A stretch of DNA of 64,000 bases from Nitrospirota bacterium (lineage in GTDB: Bacteria; Nitrospirota; Nitrospiria; JACQBZ01), in assembly GCA_016200255.1 (NCBI GenBank), contig JACQFA010000008.1, positions 561 to 64,560 of the forward strand. Direction: 5' to 3'. Position 1 is the stretch's first letter; every line of letters begins with the position of its first letter. The translations under genes and the position numbers were made by a program. The notes below the pieces were generated by a model. It did no database searches. It saw only the letters and a program-made list of their open reading frames with translations, and had not been told where the DNA came from. Shown here piece after piece: positions 57,362 through 64,000 of the stretch.

Positions 57362-57736
57362 CTACTCCCAGCTCCCGATGATCATCCCACTCGCGGCATC
57401 CTTGATCCAGGGGCGCCAGGACAACGTTCGTCCAATCCGATAATCGGCGTCGAACCGATAGGCATGCCCCGCCTCCGCCATAAAGGTATAGGTAACCGGC
57501 ATCGGGCCATAATCCCCCATATTATGCGACGCCCTCAAGACATGTTCGCCCGGAAGGATCTGCAGCTTGTTACGACCGGCAATCTTCACACCTTCGCCGT
57601 CCAATGTGTACACCGTCACGGCTCCGATCTCGAGAACGGCAATTTGATCACGCGTCCGTTCCGGGCCCGGATACATCTTGATCGCGCCGCAGCCCAGAAT
57701 CATCAGACCCAGGATCGAAATCAACAGCCGTCTCAT
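57362..57736 (-). CDS. Small lipoprotein, hypothetical.
   Basis: Lipobox ILGC. No recognised domain. Confidence 0.5.
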   Translation of the reverse strand: MRRLLISILGLMILGCGAIKMYPGPERTRDQIAVLEIGAVTVYTLDGEGVKIAGRNKLQILPGEHVLRASHNMGDYGPMPVTYTFMAEAGHAYRFDADYRIGRTLSWRPWIKDAASGMIIGSWE

Positions 57737-57757
57737 GGAAAAACCTCCCGAAAACGA

Positions 57758-59038
57758 TCAACCCTTTTTATCCATCTTGACGCCCAACCAGAGCAGACCG
57801 CCTAAAAACGCCGCCCCCGCCGCCACGCTCAACGCCGCCGGCCATCCCCACCGCTCGCCGATCCATGGGGTCAGCGTCGGCGAGATCGTCCCGCCCAGAT
57901 TGGCCCCCATGTTCATCAGGCCGGACAACGCCCCGGAATGTTCATGGGAAAGATCGATCGTGCTGGCCCAGTAAGCGCCCACCGTCGCATAAAGAATCCC
58001 GGCGCCCAGAGAAAGCAAAACGATGGCCGTATACGGCTCCCGGGCGACGGCACCGCTGTAGATGATCAGCGAGGTCAGAAACATTCCGGCTCCGCCGACA
58101 CCGGCCCGTCCCATACGATGGCCGTATCGTTTTGTGATCGCATCGCTCAGCCAGCCGCCCGTCGGGCAGAAGATCGCCATCGCGATGAAAGGGCCCGTGG
58201 CCCAGATCGATCCCTTAAGAACCGTAAAATTCCGGACATTCACGAGGTAAAGAAAAAACCAGGAAAGATAAATATAGGCGATATAACCCAGCATCGCATA
58301 ACTGAACGTCAGAAACCAGACCGAGGGCATTTTCAGCAACTCGGCAAACGGCCGCGTTGATGAAGCGCCGGGCCGGGACCCCGCCGGGTATTGGGTGATC
58401 CAGGCCAATTCGGACGGATTGACCCCGGGATGTTCGCAGGGATCATCCCGGGAAAAAAGATACCAGGCCGCCGCGATAAACAGGCCGATCGCCCCGGTTG
58501 CATAGAAAGCCGTCTTCCATCCATAATGGACCATCAGCCATGCAACCAGCGGCGGGGTCACGGCCGAGCCCAGCCCGATGCCACCGATCGAGACGCCCAT
58601 TCCCAATCCCCGTTCGGACGGCGCCAGCCAGTTTGCAACGGTTCGATTGAAATTCGGCAATGCCGCCGCTTCGCCCGCCCCGATCAGAAACCGGATCAGA
58701 ATGAACGAACCCAGGACACCGATAAGAGAACCGGAAAACAGACAGCCCGCCCCGGCCGTCAGAATCGTGAAAAGAGACCACCAGAGCACCGCGAGGGTCA
58801 GAACACGCCGGGATCCCCAGCGGTCGCCCAGCCATCCCCCCGGAATTTGAAAGAGCGCATATCCCAGAACAAAGGAGGAAAAAATGGAGCCCATTTGAAC
58901 GGACGACAAACCGAACAAGGGCATCATCTCTTTTCCGGCCACCGAAATATTCACCCGGTCGATGTAGGTCACGACGCTGATCAAAAACAGGAGTCCGAGA
59001 ATCCGCCAGCGAACACGGCTGCGGCCACTTTTAATCAT
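57758..59038 (-). CDS. MFS transporter (ACS/anion:cation symporter-like).
   Basis: 12 transmembrane helices and a D-R-x-G-R-R-like motif (GDRWGSRR). Confidence 0.8.
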   Translation of the reverse strand: MIKSGRSRVRWRILGLLFLISVVTYIDRVNISVAGKEMMPLFGLSSVQMGSIFSSFVLGYALFQIPGGWLGDRWGSRRVLTLAVLWWSLFTILTAGAGCLFSGSLIGVLGSFILIRFLIGAGEAAALPNFNRTVANWLAPSERGLGMGVSIGGIGLGSAVTPPLVAWLMVHYGWKTAFYATGAIGLFIAAAWYLFSRDDPCEHPGVNPSELAWITQYPAGSRPGASSTRPFAELLKMPSVWFLTFSYAMLGYIAYIYLSWFFLYLVNVRNFTVLKGSIWATGPFIAMAIFCPTGGWLSDAITKRYGHRMGRAGVGGAGMFLTSLIIYSGAVAREPYTAIVLLSLGAGILYATVGAYWASTIDLSHEHSGALSGLMNMGANLGGTISPTLTPWIGERWGWPAALSVAAGAAFLGGLLWLGVKMDKKG

Positions 59039-59190
59039 TTCGTATTATCGCCATCCCGCCCGATTGCGGCTGAAGTGATTCATTCTATCCAACACGATGC
59101 AACTCTGTCAAAGGATAAAGCTGAACCCCCCAATATTTCTGTTGACAGGTCGCCGTTTGTAAGGTAAAAGAAATCTGGAGTAATATTAGG

Positions 59191-60231
59191 ATGAAAAGAA
59201 AAACGGCCACAAAAGATGTTTCGAAAGACGATCTTTTAAAGAAGATCCATTTTATCATGGAGCGGGTGGTTGTCTTTGATGGCATCGATGAGGTGTTGGA
59301 ATATATCGTGAAGTCGGCCGTAAGCCTGGCCAGGGCTGAGGCAGCTACATTGAGGATCTTTAACGTCGCAACAGGAAAACTGGAGATCAAGGCCGGTTTT
59401 GGTCTATCCAATCGGTTTCTAAATCAGCCCCCTTTGAACCTGGGGGAAGGCATTGTGGGAAGGGTCGTCCTGAACGGCGAATCGTTCAAGACGACGGATG
59501 TCTCCAAGGAGGCTTCCTGTGTCTACAAGGAGCTGGCAGAATTAGAGGGTATCAAGGGTCTGTTGTCCGTGCCTCTCAGGACAAGCAGCAAGACGATCGG
59601 ATGTTTGACGGCGTATCGAAAGACGGATGAGGTCTATACCGATACCGATCTTCTCCTCCTGAATATTTTTGCCGCCCAATCGGTGGAGGCGGTTGAGAAA
59701 ACCAAGCTTATCGAGGATCTGAAGAATCAGGCCACCTTTGACCAACTGACCAACATCTACAACAAGCTCTTCCTCATCAAACGACTTGAGGAAGAGATCA
59801 AAAGAGCATCCAGACACAACCTGATTCTTTCCGTCATCTTTATTGACATCGATGACTTCAAGGGGTTCAACGATACCCATGGGCATCTCTTGGGGGATAA
59901 GTTGCTGGCCGATTTCGTCGGCCTCCAGAATACACTTCTCAGGAAAAACGACATCATGGGACGGTATGGAGGGGAGGAATTTATCATCGTCACTCCCGAG
60001 ACAGACAAAAGGAAAGCGTTGACCTTGACGAACAAGCTTCTGAAAGCGGTCAATCATTACAAGTTTTTAGGAAGAAAAGGGAGCGTGACAGGAATTAGTT
60101 TCAGCGCCGGCATATCGTCCTTTCCCCAGGACGGAAAGACCGTCACGGAGATTATCAATCGAGCGGATCAAGCGATGTATATGGCAAAAAGGGGAAAGAA
60201 AAACAAGGCAAAGATTTGGGAATCGGCATGA
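59191..60231 (+). CDS. GAF-domain diguanylate cyclase (GGDEF).
   Basis: GGEEF active site (RYGGEEFIIV). Upstream GAF. DxLT inhibitory-site-like region. Confidence 0.85.
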   Translation: MKRKTATKDVSKDDLLKKIHFIMERVVVFDGIDEVLEYIVKSAVSLARAEAATLRIFNVATGKLEIKAGFGLSNRFLNQPPLNLGEGIVGRVVLNGESFKTTDVSKEASCVYKELAELEGIKGLLSVPLRTSSKTIGCLTAYRKTDEVYTDTDLLLLNIFAAQSVEAVEKTKLIEDLKNQATFDQLTNIYNKLFLIKRLEEEIKRASRHNLILSVIFIDIDDFKGFNDTHGHLLGDKLLADFVGLQNTLLRKNDIMGRYGGEEFIIVTPETDKRKALTLTNKLLKAVNHYKFLGRKGSVTGISFSAGISSFPQDGKTVTEIINRADQAMYMAKRGKKNKAKIWESA

Positions 60232-60264
60232 CCGCTCGGCGCGCATCGTCAATAACAACTCGGA

Positions 60265-60615
60265 TCATCCGGATTTCTTCCCGTTCCAGAACAACCAGAT
60301 CGCCGAGATCAATGAAGCCCCCCCGCCGTCCGCCATCACATCAAAAAAATCCGAATCCCGACTGGGGACAAACGACTGGTGAAACTCGTCCGATGCTCCG
60401 TATGCCACCGCGATCAAAACAGCCGATATCGCGATGGTCAGCTTGAGTGTATCGGGAAACGTCCCTCCCAACGCTCGCAAGATCAGAAAACAGAACAGGC
60501 CGTACTCCGTTGCATGCGCCACCTTGTCCCATTGGGGGAACGGACCCTCGCCCACGAAATCCAGAGACTGGGAGGAAAGAAAGAAAATCAGCGCGGCGTA
60601 GAGCAGCACCGGCAC
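60265..60615 (-). CDS. VanZ-family membrane protein.
   Basis: SDEFHQSFVPSRD signature and four transmembrane helices. Confidence 0.7.
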   Translation of the reverse strand: MPVLLYAALIFFLSSQSLDFVGEGPFPQWDKVAHATEYGLFCFLILRALGGTFPDTLKLTIAISAVLIAVAYGASDEFHQSFVPSRDSDFFDVMADGGGASLISAIWLFWNGKKSG

Positions 60616-60721
60616 CCAGAGAACCGCGGCGGCATTGAAGACGGACCTATGAATGGATCACCCGCATTGTTCTCTTATTCTCCCCCGCCGGCTTTCTTCA
60701 TAAGCGCCCCGGCGTAACCGA

Positions 60722-61273
60722 TCAACGGCCGTAATAGGCCGTGAACTTGGCTTTGGCCAATGCATTCTGATTCAGATAGTAACCCGCCATCGCACCGCTC
60801 GCGTCCGCTTTGAGCGGCAACTGATCCACTTTGAGCGCAAACACCGTAAAGATATAACGATGCGGCTTATCACCCGCCGGCGGACAGGGGCCGCCGTAAC
60901 CGGGCTGACCAAAATCAGTCATGCTTTGAATGCTGCCTTGGGGAGCCAACCCGCTGTCCGGCTTTCCGGCGTTGGCGGGGAGTTTGTCTGTCGAGGGAGG
61001 CAGATTGAAAATGACCCAGTGCCACCAGCCGCTTCCTGTCGGCGCGTCGGGATCATAGAGGGTCACCGCAAAACTTTTTGCATCCTTGGGCGCATTCTGC
61101 CATTGCAGTTCCGGAGAAACATTCCCGCCGGTGCAACCGAAACCGGAGAAAACCTGTTCGTTCCCGATCGTCCCCTTATCTTTCAGAACCGGACTCGTCA
61201 AGCGAAAATCCGCGGCAAAGGAAGGAACGGCGATGAGGACCAAAATCAATGACAACCAGATTTGAGACATCAT
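60722..61273 (-). CDS. YbhB/YbcL-family (PEBP / Raf-kinase-inhibitor-like) periplasmic protein.
   Basis: Signal peptide. DPDAP and GxHR-like PEBP motifs (YDPDAPTGSGWWHWV). Confidence 0.8.
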   Translation of the reverse strand: MMSQIWLSLILVLIAVPSFAADFRLTSPVLKDKGTIGNEQVFSGFGCTGGNVSPELQWQNAPKDAKSFAVTLYDPDAPTGSGWWHWVIFNLPPSTDKLPANAGKPDSGLAPQGSIQSMTDFGQPGYGGPCPPAGDKPHRYIFTVFALKVDQLPLKADASGAMAGYYLNQNALAKAKFTAYYGR

Positions 61274-61533
61274 TTTCTCCTTTTGTTGAAAGAAATGAAC
61301 TGTGGCAAGCGGCTCTTTAGTCAGAACCCGCTATAAACAGCCCTTAAAGTATAAGAGAAACAATTTCAAAAGCCAAATGAAATCATTGGAGCATCTCGCA
61401 TAGCTTGATCATTAGAACATTGGAGCAATAGACGGAGCAATAGACCGCATTCTCACACCTCTTTTCGGCGTTTCTAATGCTCCATTGCTCTACTGTTCGA
61501 ATGCTCTGAATTTTTCGCGGAGTGAAAAATTCT

Positions 61534-61606
61534 TGCCCCCGGGGTGATTTGAACACCCGGCCAACGGTTTAGGAAACCGCTGCTCTATCCCCTGAGCTAC
61601 GGGGGC
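61534..61606 (-). tRNA. tRNA-Arg, anticodon CCU.
   Basis: 73-nt cloverleaf: acceptor GCCCCCG/CGGGGGC, D-arm GCTC-AGGGGATA-GAGC, anticodon arm GCGGT-TTCCTAA-ACCGT (U33, A37), T-arm GGGTG-TTCAAAT-CACCC, discriminator A. No encoded CCA. Confidence 0.85.
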
Positions 61607-61705
61607 GGTTTCATTTTCTTCGTCTAAAAATGAGGCGCGACGAACCAAAGCTACATTGGATGATACCCTGATCAAGAGTTCGAATCAAGGAGGAAGGTGG
61701 CGATG

Positions 61706-62800
61706 TCAGATCGTTGCAGCCTTTTTCTTGCCGAAATACAATCGCCGCGTACGAATATTGTTCGGATCAATACAGAATGACTTCAACTGCTCACGTTTCC
61801 TTGGAATAAATATACTGGCTCTGCGGTAGAGAAACTGATATAGCTTTGTCATCCCAGCTCTTCCAGAACTTATTTGCACACTGTATGATGGATGCTTGCT
61901 CGACGTAGAATTCACATAAATATGGGCCGGAAATCCCAACAAGTTTAATGCGGAGTTAAGTCCATTTGCAAAGGCCTCTGAGCCGGTAACAAGCGTTGCT
62001 TTTTTACCAGAATATGAGCCGTCGCCATCAAACACACCTCTTATAAAGCCACTCAAGTATCGAGATGGTATGTCTGGAAAAGCTATTTTAAGGCTTTTAT
62101 TCGGACAAAGCCCAAAACTTTCCAGTCTCTCAAATATTTCCTTATCATAAAATCGCAGGGTGTGTATATAACTATCCTCGTTGTTTCTCGATCTAACCAG
62201 TGCAGTATTCAAAGAGAGCATCTCCTTTATTCGATCGAGAATGTACGGGTCCTTTTGAGAGATTGAGACTTGATATCTGGCCACGACTTTATTTCTATTT
62301 TTAACAAAACTTTCCTTTATTAGATTACCGTCAGTATAAATGAGCCCCAAAACGTAAGCAAAACCATCAGTCCAGTTATTAAAAAAGGATCTATCGATCT
62401 CTTGTTTTTTATGTTGAATGTGTTTGATATTACCCCACGTATCCTTTATTTCATATGCGATTTTACCTTTGCCTAAAGCCGTCGCCCTAGCATCTTGTTT
62501 TGAACGCCGCTCTATTCCAAACGACTTCATTAACTTCAAAACATACTGGCGGCTACATTTAAGCTCGCTGGCAATGTCCTGGAGAGAGGCTCCGTTTTTT
62601 TCGTACCGCTCAATAAAATATTCACGTGTTATATTTTTTAAGATACCATGTTTTCTAATGAAAGATGACTTGTTCAGTTTCCTGCGTTCATTAGCTTCAC
62701 GTTCATAACAAACTCTACATAGACCTCGACTCCTATGGGGAACATCAACTGTCCCACAATTAACACACTTGGAATTCTTTAGAGACCACGGTCGAAGCAT
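61706..62800 (-). CDS. Free-standing double-motif LAGLIDADG-type homing-endonuclease-like protein with an N-terminal zinc ribbon and helix-turn-helix.
   Basis: C-x2-C...C-x2-C (CVNCG...CRVC). HTH LQDIASELKCSRQYVLKLM. Two dodecapeptide motifs, VLGLIYTDGNL and LSGFIRGVFDGDGS. Low-GC gene adjacent to a tRNA. Confidence 0.6.
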   Translation of the reverse strand: MLRPWSLKNSKCVNCGTVDVPHRSRGLCRVCYEREANERRKLNKSSFIRKHGILKNITREYFIERYEKNGASLQDIASELKCSRQYVLKLMKSFGIERRSKQDARATALGKGKIAYEIKDTWGNIKHIQHKKQEIDRSFFNNWTDGFAYVLGLIYTDGNLIKESFVKNRNKVVARYQVSISQKDPYILDRIKEMLSLNTALVRSRNNEDSYIHTLRFYDKEIFERLESFGLCPNKSLKIAFPDIPSRYLSGFIRGVFDGDGSYSGKKATLVTGSEAFANGLNSALNLLGFPAHIYVNSTSSKHPSYSVQISSGRAGMTKLYQFLYRRASIFIPRKREQLKSFCIDPNNIRTRRLYFGKKKAATI

Positions 62801-62827
62801 CTGTTAATCCACCAGCATTAAAATTTC

Positions 62828-63580
62828 TCAAGAACACCACAGCGGCTTACCGAAATACCACATCTCTGAGGCAATCGAGATTATAAGAATGAAAAGCAAC
62901 ATAACCAGCCAATCCGATGCTGGGTGCTCTTCGATTGGGCGGTTGGGGTCAAGCATCCATAGCTCTAACTCGCGTTGACGCCATCTCATTCTTACATGGA
63001 GCCAATAGAGAGATACCATACCGTTCAGAATGATGACGGACATAAAAGCCGATTTTGAAGAACATAAGATCATAGAAGGCCCAGAAACAAAAAACCAAAC
63101 AAAGAACGACATTAAGGAAGAAAGCGAAGCGTTTCCCGCCATCTCTTTTATGACCACCAAGCGCTCACGGTTGTGTGCTATTCGTTCACGCGCTCTTCCC
63201 TTATTTGCATCATTTTCTCTTTGATCGAAATTGTTTTGCTCAAACTGTAATATCCGATTAAAAAATACTTCATAAGTTTCATCGCTGGGATGAGCACTTA
63301 ATATCTGCACCGGTCTCAATTCCGCCCATCTTGGTACTTGGATTAACTCTCCTAAACCCTGGATGGCAAATCCCAACGCATAGCATATGCCGTAAACAAA
63401 CAACCAGCCCCACGTCGGTATCTTACGAATCGCATCAATGAAGGGAGGATTCCCATCATTAACATTAAACCACCATGCAACGGTCAATAGAAGAATCCCA
63501 CCTGGAACAATTTTCGCAAAGAGGTCTCTGGCAATGAATGTTGCGTAGAATCGGTCGAGGTTCATGAGATGATACCTCAC
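62828..63580 (-). CDS. Hypothetical polytopic membrane protein in the low-GC islet.
   Basis: About 4-5 hydrophobic helices. No recognised domain. Confidence 0.45.
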   Translation of the reverse strand: MRYHLMNLDRFYATFIARDLFAKIVPGGILLLTVAWWFNVNDGNPPFIDAIRKIPTWGWLFVYGICYALGFAIQGLGELIQVPRWAELRPVQILSAHPSDETYEVFFNRILQFEQNNFDQRENDANKGRARERIAHNRERLVVIKEMAGNASLSSLMSFFVWFFVSGPSMILCSSKSAFMSVIILNGMVSLYWLHVRMRWRQRELELWMLDPNRPIEEHPASDWLVMLLFILIISIASEMWYFGKPLWCS

Positions 63581-63710
63581 AGGAAAGCGACAAGGATTGA
63601 TAGGCCGAATATACGCTTATCCAGGATGGGAATCAAGAAGACGGGAATAGCAGAAAGGTTTGAAGACGAGGAAGGATGCTTTAGAGACTCAGACAGTTAA
63701 TGACTACTTC

Positions 63711-64000
63711 TTAGCTGCTTTTAAGATACCGCAACGTGAAATCTCCCACGTTGCCATTATATCTAAAATCAAACCGACTGAGAACTTCTCTGCCGATTAA
63801 ACCGTCGATAATCCTTGAGTCGTGTAAGCTTCCGCTCATAATCAGAGTATCAATCCAGGCAGTGTGGGTTACTCTTGGGTCGACTTTAGACTTACAAATA
63901 AAGGAAATTCTTCCCATATAAACTTTACCCGTCGTGTCAACACCCACACCATGGATGGGGTAACTGGAATTTATTAGTTTTAAACCGGCCCTTTCAGCAA
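63711..64000 (-). CDS. Hypothetical protein, 3' portion only (the N-terminus lies beyond the window's 3' edge).
   Basis: The minus-strand frame is open from the window edge (...AERAGLKLINSSYPIHGVGVDTTGK...) to the stop at 63711. No confident domain assignment. Confidence 0.35.
   Translation of the reverse strand, partial: AERAGLKLINSSYPIHGVGVDTTGKVYMGRISFICKSKVDPRVTHTAWIDTLIMSGSLHDSRIIDGLIGREVLSRFDFRYNGNVGDFTLRYLKSS

Noticed and set aside
61655-61690. tRNA-like fragment (GAGTTCGAATCAAGG) just 5' of tRNA-Arg, as a possible att duplicate.
   Set aside because: It does not match the T-arm of the adjacent tRNA-Arg (GGGTGTTCAAATCACCC) or form a cloverleaf. It more likely overlaps the ribosome-binding site/start of the LAGLIDADG gene.
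1-64000. CRISPR arrays, transposases, integrases, rRNA genes.
   Set aside because: No spaced direct-repeat arrays, no DDE/tyrosine-recombinase-like ORFs and no rRNA-like conserved stretches were seen on either strand.

Overview
This 64 kb window is a high-GC (about 60%) bacterial chromosomal segment, densely coding, mostly in minus-strand operons. It carries two compact AT-rich (about 42-45% GC) insertions at roughly 16.8-20.3 kb and 61.7-64.0 kb. The gene content (hopanoid hpnC/D/E, a two-subunit biotin carboxylase of the pyruvate/2-oxoglutarate carboxylase type, a Rieske/cytochrome b complex with a fused c-type haem domain, and large secreted multicopper oxidases) is compatible with a Nitrospirota-like chemolithotroph, but that is only a guess from the sequence. 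Recognisable blocks are listed below in window order.
- A tandem pair of multicopper-oxidase ORFs, the second running off the 5' edge. Directly upstream, on the same strand, sit a GAF/NarX-type histidine kinase, a NarL-type response regulator and a small receiver-like ORF.
- hemE, then hpnC-hpnD-hpnE.
- A 1377-aa lipoprotein with three Ig-like repeats, a parallel beta-helix block and FG-GAP repeats.
- A Phd/YefM-RelE/ParE toxin-antitoxin pair with a perfect 20-bp palindromic operator.
- An AT-rich islet encoding an FRG-domain protein and two unknown proteins.
- cfiAB/pycAB-like carboxylase, thrB, pmbA/tldD, and an HDAC-like protein with a [2Fe-2S] ferredoxin.
- The classic yceD-rpmF-plsX-fabH-fabD-fabG-acpP-fabF-rnc cluster, in which both fabF and yceD contain in-frame stop codons.
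- tsaD, clpC, an acyl-ACP-reductase-like oxidoreductase, a 7TM-GAF histidine kinase with a REC-GAF-HD-GYP regulator, and a DnaJ-like/CbpM-like pair behind a Rieske/cytochrome b-c operon.
- hemW, transporters, and a GAF-GGDEF cyclase.
- tRNA-Arg(CCU) followed by a low-GC islet encoding a free-standing double-motif LAGLIDADG-type protein.
No CRISPR array, transposase or integrase was seen. Hand-derived coordinates may be off by 1-2 nt; ORF-track coordinates are used wherever available.
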